Shown here in pieces: positions 9,649 to 18,390 of a stretch of DNA of 41,261 bases (the first letter of the stretch is position 1; each line of letters opens with the position of its first letter). The DNA lies in IMG/VR virus record IMGVR_UViG_3300045988_167023. The stretch is one strand, 5' to 3'. Origin of the DNA: a virus. Both the position numbers and the translations under genes were made by a program. A model generated the notes under the pieces. The model saw only the letters and a list, made by a program, of their open reading frames with translations. It made no database searches and had not been told where the DNA came from.

Positions 9649-9971
9649 TTTGTTATGCCGCGCGCTTTCAATGCCGCAATAACTTCGTTTAGCTTTGCTG
9701 CAATTGTCGCCGCGTCTGCACTAGTTTCTATATCGGCGACGGTTACGGGACTGCCGACCAGCCCTTCCCCCGGCTCGCCTTTATCACCTTTCGCGCCCTC
9801 TGGTCCTTGCGGCCCAGTTTCACCTTGAGGACCGGGGGTCATTGCTCTTGTATTAGCCTCTTCAATTCCAGACTCCATGTTATTCAATAAATCATCTGTA
9901 ATTGTTTCGCCATTCTGCCAATTATGCTTTGTGTATGCCATTTTAAACAACTCCCACTTTTGAATCCCCAA
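9645..9971 (-). CDS. Collagen-like (G-X-Y repeat) head fiber or decoration protein with a fiber-type N-terminal anchor.
   Basis: GPQGETGPQGPEGAKGDKGEPGEG repeats. The N-terminus MAYTKHNWQNGE...NNMESGIEEA resembles the tail fiber N-terminus; the true start may be 9941. Confidence 0.6.
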   Translation of the reverse strand: MGIQKWELFKMAYTKHNWQNGETITDDLLNNMESGIEEANTRAMTPGPQGETGPQGPEGAKGDKGEPGEGLVGSPVTVADIETSADAATIAAKLNEVIAALKARGITN

Positions 9972-9999
9972 CTTGAGCTGTACCGACTACGGCGGGTAG

Positions 10000-10932
10000 T
10001 CAATCCGCAGAATACGCCGTAGCGTCTTTAGATACAAATACGCTGTCAACCTTTCCGGTCAAGCCGTTCGGGAAAATAAACGTATCCCATAACGAACGAT
10101 TTTGATACAGATCGCCATCACCCTCGGTATGCGAACCGCGCGGGAAGTAATAGATTGAGCTAATCTTCGGAACGGTGTGTACCATATCTAAAGCCGCAAA
10201 CAAAACGTTAATTGCCTTTGAAGTGCTGGCTACAGGTGCAAAGCCCTCGGTAAAGCTAAAACTATCGTAGAAACGATCAGTTGCCAGAACTTCGATAAGC
10301 GGAACGCCGTTAAGTTTTGCAACGCGGGTTTCAATAGACATCGGGCCGGAAAGATTAACGATTTCAACCGTTTTAGACAATTCGGTTGACTGCGCGATTA
10401 AGTCCATAATTTCGGTGCGAACATAACCGACAACCGTTCCGCGCTGGCGGTAAAGTTTCAGATTTGTTTTGCCCAAAAGTCCTACAAGTTTAGTATAAAC
10501 GTTTGCAGCCGTCCAAGTAGACAAATTAGCCTCTTCGCTCAAGCCAGCAGTCGCCGCAGCCGACGCAATTTTAGAAAACGTATATGCGTCAATTTCCGGA
10601 ATCTGATTGTCGTTTACAAACGAACGTGTAACGTTCATCATTGCGGCAGTCTGCGCGGTTTCGTCAACATCGGCAGCGTCAACCAAAAACGAAATATCGC
10701 GGTCGTGTTCAACCGTAAATTCGTGGTCTTTCTGGGTGATTGTTCCTTTATTCCAGCCGCCCTGCCGACTATGGTCTTTATAGCCGGATGTATTCATCTG
10801 GGTAAAGTGAAAAGTCTTTGCTCCGAGCCACTGTACATTGCTTTCAATAAACGGAGATGTAAGCGCCCACTGCTGAATGGCCTCTAAAATCTGGCCTGAA
10901 TATTTTTCAGCATAATTCATTGTGTGTGCCAT
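10000..10932 (-). CDS. Major capsid protein.
   Basis: 310 aa, directly after the scaffold gene in a terminase-portal-MuF-scaffold-capsid order. Confidence 0.65.
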   Translation of the reverse strand: MAHTMNYAEKYSGQILEAIQQWALTSPFIESNVQWLGAKTFHFTQMNTSGYKDHSRQGGWNKGTITQKDHEFTVEHDRDISFLVDAADVDETAQTAAMMNVTRSFVNDNQIPEIDAYTFSKIASAAATAGLSEEANLSTWTAANVYTKLVGLLGKTNLKLYRQRGTVVGYVRTEIMDLIAQSTELSKTVEIVNLSGPMSIETRVAKLNGVPLIEVLATDRFYDSFSFTEGFAPVASTSKAINVLFAALDMVHTVPKISSIYYFPRGSHTEGDGDLYQNRSLWDTFIFPNGLTGKVDSVFVSKDATAYSAD

Positions 10933-10944
10933 TTTTAAAAATCC

Positions 10945-11520
10945 TTATTTTTTGGGTTGAAAATTGAATCGATTACGTGTCTGAATAAACGGGTTATTAT
11001 CACCGCCCGTTTTTTCGATATTCGATCCGCCTTTGGGTGTGTGGGCATTTATGCGTTTGTTAACCTCTTCCAAAACAGCGTCATCGAAAGCCTTTTTAAA
11101 ATTCTGCATTTCAGCCTTGGCAATTGAAAGCTCCATACCGGCAAACAGTTTTTGCGAAATTTTAGCATTGATTCCGCTTTCCTTAAAAAGCTTATCGATT
11201 GCGTCAGTATGTTCGCGCTCCTGTTTTTCCTTTTTCAGGCTTTCCAGCTCTGCCTTGAGCTTGTCCTCTTCGTGTTGTTTCAGCTGCTCCGCGGTCATCT
11301 TCGCCTTTTTTTCAACTTCGTCAAGATCAAGCTTGTGTTTGCTGTTCAGCTCCTGCAATTCTTTTGCGTGCTTATCATTAACAGCCTTTAATCGCAGTGA
11401 AATAAGCTCGTCAATTTTCTTTTGCTGTTCTGCGGTAAATTTAACTTCAGCGTTTTCGTTTCCGTCTGCGCCTGCATTCTCATTTCCGCTATTGTTCTGG
11501 TTTACGTTTTCATCAGTCAT
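10945..11520 (-). CDS. Scaffolding protein.
   Basis: 191 aa, charged helical coiled-coil sequence upstream of the capsid gene. Confidence 0.6.
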   Translation of the reverse strand: MTDENVNQNNSGNENAGADGNENAEVKFTAEQQKKIDELISLRLKAVNDKHAKELQELNSKHKLDLDEVEKKAKMTAEQLKQHEEDKLKAELESLKKEKQEREHTDAIDKLFKESGINAKISQKLFAGMELSIAKAEMQNFKKAFDDAVLEEVNKRINAHTPKGGSNIEKTGGDNNPFIQTRNRFNFQPKK

Positions 11521-11585
11521 AAAAAACCCCCTATAATTTCCGTTTACGCTCGTCAGCTGCCCTTATGTTGCGTTAAAAATTTTTT

Positions 11586-12488
11586 TTAGTCAAGCCCATA
11601 TTTACGATAAAGAGCTTTAATATTTATCACGGGGGCGGTCGTAGAGCGACAGTTCGGGTGCATAGGCGGATAATTTACCCCAACAACGGCGTCTTTGATT
11701 TTATGGATTGTTCCGTTTTCCTCGGTGCAAATTGCAGATGTGCGGTCGTCTAAATGCGCCAAAAATTCGTATTCGCTACAATCCGTTTCTTTGTAAAATT
11801 CTTTTGCTGCCTGCTCGTGGGTGTGAGTTGATTCTGTCCGGACAAGCCGCATTGCATTATATGTTGAAGTCTGAAATTTATTTTTAATCTCACGGGCCGT
11901 TTTATCAAGAGCGCGCCCTTGAATTATATCGCGTTTTAAAATCTTATCAAGAGCAACCCCGAGCGCAGCTCTATCTTTCCAAATCCGCTCCGACCAATTC
12001 ATTGAGCCCGTCCAAGTCTGATTTGCTAAGGCTTTAATTGTGGCCCGTGATATAGCGTGCATAGTGATTTTATATTTTTGCTCTGCCGCCTTTTTAAAAA
12101 CATTATAGCCGATTTTTCCTGATTGATACAACGTTTCGTCCAATTCAAGGCTTTGCTGCCGTGTCATATCAGATAATTTTATTTGCAGATCCGCGCGTAA
12201 TTGCTGCAACCGGTCAATTTGATAAAGTTTTGCGTCTTCCCGGTAGAGCCGTTTTAAATACTCGTCGCGGGTTTCATATTCAGAAGTTTTTTTTAACCGA
12301 TTTAACAAAACAGTGCGCTGCCGGCTGGTTAAACGCTCGTCAATATTTTCAAGGTCAAAATCATCAATCTGTTTATTGATTTCTTTTATACTTGAGTTTA
12401 ACAAGCTATTCAGGCGCAGAAACGAGCTTTTTTCAATCTTGTCAAGCTGCTCCCGGCTTTCCCGCGCTCGTTCCTGCCAGTATCCCAT
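11586..12488 (-). CDS. Head morphogenesis protein (SPP1 gp7 / Mu F family).
   Basis: Motif NYPPMHPNCRSTT near the C-terminus, downstream of the portal gene. Confidence 0.8.
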   Translation of the reverse strand: MGYWQERARESREQLDKIEKSSFLRLNSLLNSSIKEINKQIDDFDLENIDERLTSRQRTVLLNRLKKTSEYETRDEYLKRLYREDAKLYQIDRLQQLRADLQIKLSDMTRQQSLELDETLYQSGKIGYNVFKKAAEQKYKITMHAISRATIKALANQTWTGSMNWSERIWKDRAALGVALDKILKRDIIQGRALDKTAREIKNKFQTSTYNAMRLVRTESTHTHEQAAKEFYKETDCSEYEFLAHLDDRTSAICTEENGTIHKIKDAVVGVNYPPMHPNCRSTTAPVINIKALYRKYGLD

Positions 12489-13876
12489 TATTCGGCCTCG
12501 TCAGAATTTTCCGGGGTTTCATTATATGCAGCAAAGGCGGCCGCCTCTGCCTCTTTTTCCTTTGCCAGCTCTTCAATTTCCAAATCCACATCATTAACAA
12601 ACGGAATCTGCTCCAACAAAGTACGCGTTGAAACAAGCCCCTGCAATTTATAGGCTGCGTCAATAATGTCCATTTCGTTTTGCGGCAGGTTTTTATAAAA
12701 AATGAAGTCAATTTTTTGCGAAATATCGTAAATCGTTCTATTTTCCGCCAACGAAATAATCTGCAAGAGCAATTTAATACGTTGATAGAGCGCGCGCCGG
12801 AAATAACGAGCCTTTGTTACGCGACACTGTTCGATTCCCCAAAGTTTATACTGCATAGCAACACCGGATTGCTGGCCGCTGAATTTATCATCGGTTAAAT
12901 CTGGCGTTTTTGAAATTTGGTAAATCAGATCTAAGTTTTGGTCAATATGATGTTTTACGGCGTCAATATTAACGTTTTTAACGACAAATTCCATTTTTGC
13001 GTCAGTAGGCAGCTTTGCAACCTTGTTTTTATTTATTGCGTCAATCTCTTTTTCATCGGTTGCCATTGCCCCGTAAATTGCCAAAATAGCGTTGGCAATA
13101 CTTTGCAGGTCGTCAGTTTCATTCGAAAAGGTCAAGGCCAAAGCGTCAAGCTGATCCTGAACTGGCTCATAATCGCCGATTTCATCATAATTATTTTTGA
13201 AAATAACAACCGGTATATCTTTAAACTGGTGGTCTATCGGCTCTTTGAGTTCAACGGCTGCCCCGTTAAGGTCAAATGGAATAATTTGGTCTTTGCTGTA
13301 AACATAGCCTTTCCACCTGATAACGCCCCGAATTTCAGCACTCGGATACATATTGATTACGCAAACCGGTCTATGCAGAACGCTATTGTCAGTAACTAAA
13401 AATGTTTCTTCCGGGTCTAATTTTGTAAATCTTAATTTTTTCTTAATGTCGGGAGACGATATTGCGTCATCAATCATCACGACTTCAAAAGCTATGCCGT
13501 AGCAAGACATATCGTTAGCAATCGCGTAGTTTTCTTCTGGCTCAAAGTTATTCGCAAAAATTTCGGTTAATGTGTCCTTAAACTCGTTCGGCTCGGTTAT
13601 ATTTCCGTCAGCATTAACTTTTTCTTTCCAGTCATACTCTACCCCTCGGCCCAAAAAATACCCCGTCTGTACGTCGGTAATATACGAGGCAACGCCGATG
13701 TGTATGCTATAATTTGGGCGGTTTTTGGCCGCGCCTTTTTTAACGATAGGATTCTTATTGTCGTAATACTGCCCTAATTTCCGCAAGCGTGGCTGCTGCT
13801 CCGGCGCATTTTTAAAGGTTGCGATCCAGTCTTGAACATTCCCAGCCGTTAAATCTGTATTTTCCGAAATTATCAT
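12488..13876 (-). CDS. Portal protein.
   Basis: 462 aa between the large terminase and Mu F-like genes. Confidence 0.75.
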   Translation of the reverse strand: MIISENTDLTAGNVQDWIATFKNAPEQQPRLRKLGQYYDNKNPIVKKGAAKNRPNYSIHIGVASYITDVQTGYFLGRGVEYDWKEKVNADGNITEPNEFKDTLTEIFANNFEPEENYAIANDMSCYGIAFEVVMIDDAISSPDIKKKLRFTKLDPEETFLVTDNSVLHRPVCVINMYPSAEIRGVIRWKGYVYSKDQIIPFDLNGAAVELKEPIDHQFKDIPVVIFKNNYDEIGDYEPVQDQLDALALTFSNETDDLQSIANAILAIYGAMATDEKEIDAINKNKVAKLPTDAKMEFVVKNVNIDAVKHHIDQNLDLIYQISKTPDLTDDKFSGQQSGVAMQYKLWGIEQCRVTKARYFRRALYQRIKLLLQIISLAENRTIYDISQKIDFIFYKNLPQNEMDIIDAAYKLQGLVSTRTLLEQIPFVNDVDLEIEELAKEKEAEAAAFAAYNETPENSDEAE

Positions 13877-15099
13877 AAATTTAGCCCCTCGATTGAAATA
13901 ATCTTGTCAATGTCGCAAATTTCCGAGTGTATAGCATAGCGAACCGCGTCCAATGTATCATCATTTTTTTTAATCGGCTCGTCTTTCTTCTCGTCCCATA
14001 CATACGAATATATCTCTTTTTCGAAATTGACAAGCCCCTTTCTGTATGCGAAGAAATGTTTACTTTTAATCAGGCGCGCAACGTCGCTTATTCCCTCTAA
14101 AACATTCTTATTCGCATTAGTGGCCAGCAATCCGGCATTTTGGAACTTCTGAACATACTCGGGGCGGGCGGAATCGCAGTAAAAAACTATATTACCAAAG
14201 ATTTCAACGATTTTCTTCGCCTTAGGCAGCCAAAAGGAATCAACATCTTCGTGCTGCGCAGCAATTTCTAAAATTAAATAAAAATCATTTCCGGCTTGGC
14301 CGAAGACAACGATTGATCCAAAATGTTCGTATCCCCAGTCAACGCCAGCAAAAAACTTGTCAAAGCTTATGTCTTGCAAATTGTCAACAATATGCTGCTT
14401 TGCGTCAAAGTCTTTATAAACGACACCCTCGGGCGTTACCCACAAGCCCAAAATATTGCGGTCGTAAAACATACCGGTAGGCGTGGTTTTCTTGATATTT
14501 TCAACATACTTCGAATCAAGGAAAGTATTATCGTCAAGCTTGAAATGATAGGCCGCAATGTATTTTCCGTCAGCCTTATCGATGTAGTCGCATTTTAGCC
14601 AATGGAGCGGGTCAGACGGGTTTGTATCAGATAAAATGCGCGCGCCTGGTCCAGAACATCGAGAGATAATCTCGTCAAATACTTCCCGATTTGCCATTGT
14701 CGCCTCGTTTATGAAAGCACCCCAAGAAGTCATACCGCGAATTACTGATAAACAGCCAATATCATCGTGGCCGAAACAACAAACTTGAACACCGAAAAGC
14801 GTAAAAGTGTTAAATTTGGTTAATCTTATGGACAGGCCGAAACGATTTTCAATCTCATTTATAACGTTACGCTGGATTGACCCGATTGAAGAACCAGCCA
14901 AAATATACTGCGGCCGCGTTGTATTCTGCATTGCAGCACGTTTGCGCACGTTTCGCAGCTCGTTTAAAAATAAATCAATGTCTAAAATTGTTTTTCCCGC
15001 ACGTTTTGCCCCATGAAGAAAAAGCATAAAAAAATCATTATTAAAATAAAATTTTAAAACTTCCTGCTGCTTAGGTGTATAAAGGGCGTCAATATTCAT
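13873..15099 (-). CDS. Terminase large subunit (PBSX/XtmB-like).
   Basis: Walker A motif GAKRAGKT near the N-terminus; 408 aa. Confidence 0.85.
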   Translation of the reverse strand: MNIDALYTPKQQEVLKFYFNNDFFMLFLHGAKRAGKTILDIDLFLNELRNVRKRAAMQNTTRPQYILAGSSIGSIQRNVINEIENRFGLSIRLTKFNTFTLFGVQVCCFGHDDIGCLSVIRGMTSWGAFINEATMANREVFDEIISRCSGPGARILSDTNPSDPLHWLKCDYIDKADGKYIAAYHFKLDDNTFLDSKYVENIKKTTPTGMFYDRNILGLWVTPEGVVYKDFDAKQHIVDNLQDISFDKFFAGVDWGYEHFGSIVVFGQAGNDFYLILEIAAQHEDVDSFWLPKAKKIVEIFGNIVFYCDSARPEYVQKFQNAGLLATNANKNVLEGISDVARLIKSKHFFAYRKGLVNFEKEIYSYVWDEKKDEPIKKNDDTLDAVRYAIHSEICDIDKIISIEGLNL

Positions 15100-15479
15100 T
15101 TTTTAAACTTACCCTCTAATTTCGTAAACAGCTCGTCAATCTTATCTTCTTTGGACGGGTCGCCTTTTGGCTCTTCGCCGATAGTTTTTTGGATTTGCTG
15201 AAACGCAAATGTATTTCCTTTTGCGGCTGCGTTTATCTGCCCGAAAACCATGGCGGTTTTATATGTTACGTCTTTTGCGTCGATTCCCGGCACCATCGTC
15301 CGCAATTTTTCTTCAATATCTTTGCTCGGCTTGCTGTTCAGCAGCATTTCGGCAATCTGCAATAACGTTTTCTTGTTTCGTTTCGCAATAACCGACGCCT
15401 TACCGCCAGCCGACGCAATGCGCCTCCGTTCTTCTGGCGTTCGTGTACGTAAATCAACCAATGTTTCTGGATTAGCCAA
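15096..15479 (-). CDS. Terminase small subunit (probable TTG start).
   Basis: RBS GGGGG 7 nt before an in-frame TTG at 15479; the track ORF extends to 15566. Overlaps the large terminase start. Confidence 0.5.
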   Translation of the reverse strand: MANPETLVDLRTRTPEERRRIASAGGKASVIAKRNKKTLLQIAEMLLNSKPSKDIEEKLRTMVPGIDAKDVTYKTAMVFGQINAAAKGNTFAFQQIQKTIGEEPKGDPSKEDKIDELFTKLEGKFKK

Positions 15480-15621
15480 GACACAACCCCCTATTTTTTT
15501 TACAGAATAAATGTTTTGGCAAAAAAAACAAGTCAAAAAAGGCGGGGCTGCCGTGTGTGCCGGCATTCTTTACCTGATTAAGAACTTGCCCCTTATCTCA
15601 TTAAAGTTAAAAAGTAAGGTT

Positions 15622-16821
15622 TTAATTATTTATTAAAACAGCTTTTTCTCCCGTTAGATTTTCCCAACGCTGAATAATCACATCGCAGTAGTGTTCATCG
15701 AGCTCCATCATAAAACAATTGCGTTTTAATTGTTCACATGCAATAAGTGTGCTACCGCTACCGCCAAAAACATCCAGAACATTTTCTTCATTCTTTGTTG
15801 AATTAAGAAGAGCATTTGCAATCAATTCAACAGGCTTCATTGTCGGATGAAGTTTGCTTGCTGTTCTTTTATATTCCCAAACAGATTTATCTTGTTCCCC
15901 TTTTCTTTGAAAGTCGTGATTTTTTACCCATCCATACAAAATTGGTTCGTGCTTATAATCATAATCCAATCTGCCCATTGAAAAAACGGGTGCGTCCTTA
16001 ACCCATATAATTTGATGACGGCAAGGTATTCCTGCTTTCCTCATCATCATCATCATCATCATCATCTCTTGATCGCCACCTTGACAAGAAAATACATAAT
16101 AACTTGCTGTATCTTTCAAACAAGAAAAAGCGTTTGTAAATACATCATATAAAAAGTCTTGAAATTGGTCTAAAGTCAAATCATCGTTTTGTATTTTTGT
16201 ATATGATTTGCTCTTAAGAACCTCTTTTGTCTTTTTCTCGTAAGAAACTCCGTACGGCGGGTCTGTAAATAATAAATCCGCTTTTTCACCGTTCATCAAC
16301 TTTTCAACATCATCAATCTTTGTGCTATCACCACACATCAAGCGGTGATTTCCCAATTGCCAAATATCACCATGCTTACAACGTGTTTCTATTTTTTCCG
16401 GAACTTCATCTTCTGTAATTTGATTGTCTTCTTCTGCTTCTGTTTCAACTTCGCCCCAGTCTAAGCCCCAAGATGTAGTCAAGGCTTTATCCCAATCAGC
16501 GGTTAAGATTTCCCAATCCCACTCGCCGTCTGAAATATTATCAGTAATGACAATTTCGTCTTTTTCGGCTTGTGTGAGGGGGCGGGTTGGATACATAACC
16601 GGTATTTCTAAATCTTTCCCCGCAATTTTCAAAAGAGCTTTTAACCGCTGATTCCCACCCAAAACGTTTAAATTCTCATCGGTTTTAACTGGATTATGAA
16701 AGCCAAGACGCTGGATTTTATCTTGAAGACGCTCCAGTTTTTCTTTTGAAATTTTGCGCGGATTTTTGGCGTTAGGGATCAGGTCGCCAATGCGTACATA
16801 TTTAACCTGCCAAATATCCAT
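15622..16821 (-). CDS. ParB-like N-terminal domain fused to a beta-class amino DNA methyltransferase (DPPY, then FGGSGST).
   Basis: N-terminal GGNQRLKAL ParB-type motif; motif IV LFTDPPYG; motif I VFGGSGST at the C-terminus. Confidence 0.8.
   Translation of the reverse strand: MDIWQVKYVRIGDLIPNAKNPRKISKEKLERLQDKIQRLGFHNPVKTDENLNVLGGNQRLKALLKIAGKDLEIPVMYPTRPLTQAEKDEIVITDNISDGEWDWEILTADWDKALTTSWGLDWGEVETEAEEDNQITEDEVPEKIETRCKHGDIWQLGNHRLMCGDSTKIDDVEKLMNGEKADLLFTDPPYGVSYEKKTKEVLKSKSYTKIQNDDLTLDQFQDFLYDVFTNAFSCLKDTASYYVFSCQGGDQEMMMMMMMMRKAGIPCRHQIIWVKDAPVFSMGRLDYDYKHEPILYGWVKNHDFQRKGEQDKSVWEYKRTASKLHPTMKPVELIANALLNSTKNEENVLDVFGGSGSTLIACEQLKRNCFMMELDEHYCDVIIQRWENLTGEKAVLINN
16042..16065 (-). repeat. 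(CAT)8 on plus = (ATG)8 on the coding strand; encodes Met x8 inside the methyltransferase.
   Basis: Read directly; corresponds to aa 253..260 of the 15622..16821 ORF. Confidence 0.95.
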
Positions 16822-16920
16822 CGTTTTACCTCACGTTGAAAAATTAACTTAAAGTGCCTTTTTTTTACGCGAATTTTGCGCAAGAAATACGCACAACCAT
16901 ACGTTGATGATAGCAGGCAG

Positions 16921-16930
16921 TTTTTTTTTT
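16921..16930 (-). repeat. Homopolymer T10 (A10 on the minus strand) in the putative methyltransferase promoter spacer.
   Basis: Minus strand reads cacTTGTAAAAAAAAAACTGCCTGCTATCAT, upstream of RBS GTGAGGT and the ATG at 16821. Confidence 0.5.
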
Positions 16931-16947
16931 ACAAGTGAAATTTTTAT

Positions 16948-17292
16948 TTAATCGTCCGGAACTTCAACTTTTGGACTGCTCATTTTGGATTTTGGCCGCG
17001 TTTCTTCAACAAGCGTTTTGTCGCAAAGCCATTGATATTGCCTAAAACTCAAGCCCTGCGAATTATACAGGCAACCAATATCTACTTTTTCGGCCTTATC
17101 TGCCGACATCTTTTGCCAGGGTTTGTAAAACCAAATTTTCGTGTATTTTTCATTTCTGAAAGTTTTTATATTATAATCGCTGTTAAGGCGCTTTTTTTTG
17201 GCGTAGGCGCGAATTTCTTTTTTGTCGCCATCTACTACCGCAAATTTACAACTTTGTAGCTCACGCATAAAAATATCGCCGAAATCGGTCAT
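16948..17292 (-). CDS. Hypothetical protein.
   Basis: 114-aa ORF whose start overlaps the upstream gene. Confidence 0.4.
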   Translation of the reverse strand: MTDFGDIFMRELQSCKFAVVDGDKKEIRAYAKKKRLNSDYNIKTFRNEKYTKIWFYKPWQKMSADKAEKVDIGCLYNSQGLSFRQYQWLCDKTLVEETRPKSKMSSPKVEVPDD

Positions 17293-18146
17293 TTTTTTTC
17301 ATCTCCCTTAATATTACTGTTGTTATTTCCTAGTTGAAGGTTTTTTGGAATCCCCAAGAGGTCGCCCCATTTTCCTTGTCGTTTAGCAAAGTTGGTTATC
17401 TGCTGGCAAATAAAGTTTTTATCAACCATTTGATTTTTATGATTTTTTACCAGCCAAGAATTGAGGGACTGGCGTAAAATACTGTCTGCATTTGCATACG
17501 GTTTAAAAAACGGGTCGTTGTCGAAGTCGATGTTGAACCCGTCGCAGATATAGCATTGTTCAACGTTTTTCTTCGCAGACAGCAACGGGTTAAAAAACTG
17601 ATTACTTTCATTTAAATTTTTTTCTTTTATTTTATTTTCTTTTTTAAAATTATTATCAGTTAAGTAAGTAGTATCAGTATTATTACTATTACTATTACCT
17701 GGGGGGCTAGCAACCCCCTTATCAGGGGCTGGCAAGGGGCTATTTAGGGGCTTGCTAGGGGCTTCGTAGGGGCTAGCAACCCCCTTATCAGGGGCTAAAA
17801 TATTATTATAACGAACCCGATTTTCTTTAAGAATGGCAATGATTTGTTTATGCGCATTGTTCTTCGGATTCAAAAAATCGCCTTGCTGAAATTTTATAAA
17901 TCTTGTCAAATAAAAATTTCCGTTCTCAAGCTTAACAATACGTTTCTTATCTGTGTTTAATGATAGAATGTCTTCCTCGGTTATTTTCTCACCGATAAAG
18001 ACTTCAAGCAAAATATAATTTGGCTCATATATGCCGGCATTATCGCAACTGTCATATAAATAGCGCAGCAGTAACTTTTGTTTCATCGAGTATTTTAAAA
18101 AAAACTCTTTGCCCCAAAGTTCTGTATCTGTAAACCTTTTAGCCAT
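17289..18146 (-). CDS. Replisome organizer / replication initiator-like protein (Phage_rep_org_N-like N-terminus).
   Basis: N-terminal W.KEFFLKY...LLLRYLYDSCDNAGIY pattern. The central linker APDKGVASP is repeated and is encoded by iteron DNA. Confidence 0.45.
   Translation of the reverse strand: MAKRFTDTELWGKEFFLKYSMKQKLLLRYLYDSCDNAGIYEPNYILLEVFIGEKITEEDILSLNTDKKRIVKLENGNFYLTRFIKFQQGDFLNPKNNAHKQIIAILKENRVRYNNILAPDKGVASPYEAPSKPLNSPLPAPDKGVASPPGNSNSNNTDTTYLTDNNFKKENKIKEKNLNESNQFFNPLLSAKKNVEQCYICDGFNIDFDNDPFFKPYANADSILRQSLNSWLVKNHKNQMVDKNFICQQITNFAKRQGKWGDLLGIPKNLQLGNNNSNIKGDEKK
17702..17796. repeat. Iteron array, candidate replication origin: (A/G)GGGGCT phased at 11 bp.
   Basis: Copies start at 17702, 17724, 17735, 17746, 17757, 17768 and 17790, all multiples of 11 apart. 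A 28-bp unit GGGGCTAGCAACCCCCTTATCAGGGGCT occurs twice. An AT-rich tract lies at about 17560..17700. Confidence 0.6.
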
Positions 18147-18149
18147 AAG

Positions 18150-18347
18150 TTAATCCTCCACGATTAAAAACTTTTTTTTAGGCTGTCGGTTGCCTTTACC
18201 TTTCGGGCTTATTCCCGCTAATTTTATATATTTCAAAAGCGTCATGTGGCTTACATTTAATATTTTGCAAGCGTTTTTAAGTGAGTTTTCTCTGTAGATT
18301 TTTTCAAGCTGTTCTTTTGTAATTTTTAACATTTTCAAATCTCCCAT
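18150..18347 (-). CDS. Small HTH DNA-binding protein.
   Basis: Motif ILNVSHMTLLKYIKLAGI. Confidence 0.45.
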   Translation of the reverse strand: MGDLKMLKITKEQLEKIYRENSLKNACKILNVSHMTLLKYIKLAGISPKGKGNRQPKKKFLIVED

Positions 18348-18390
18348 AATTAAAAGTATAATTATAATTAAGAAATGTAAACAAAAAAAA

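Noticed and set aside
9496-9828. 110-aa plus-strand ORF
   Set aside because: It is antisense to the collagen-repeat gene, and its low complexity mirrors the GXY repeats.
11033-11536. 167-aa plus-strand ORF, Ser/Leu/Cys-rich
   Set aside because: It is antisense to the scaffold gene and low-complexity, which is typical of spurious ORFs opposite coiled-coil coding DNA.
12938-13399. 153-aa plus-strand ORF inside the portal gene
   Set aside because: It is antisense, hydrophobic and low-complexity, with no coupling signals.
16042-16065. (ATG)8 as an on/off phase-variation switch
   Set aside because: The unit is 3 nt, so slippage keeps the reading frame. Only length polymorphism or internal initiation are plausible.
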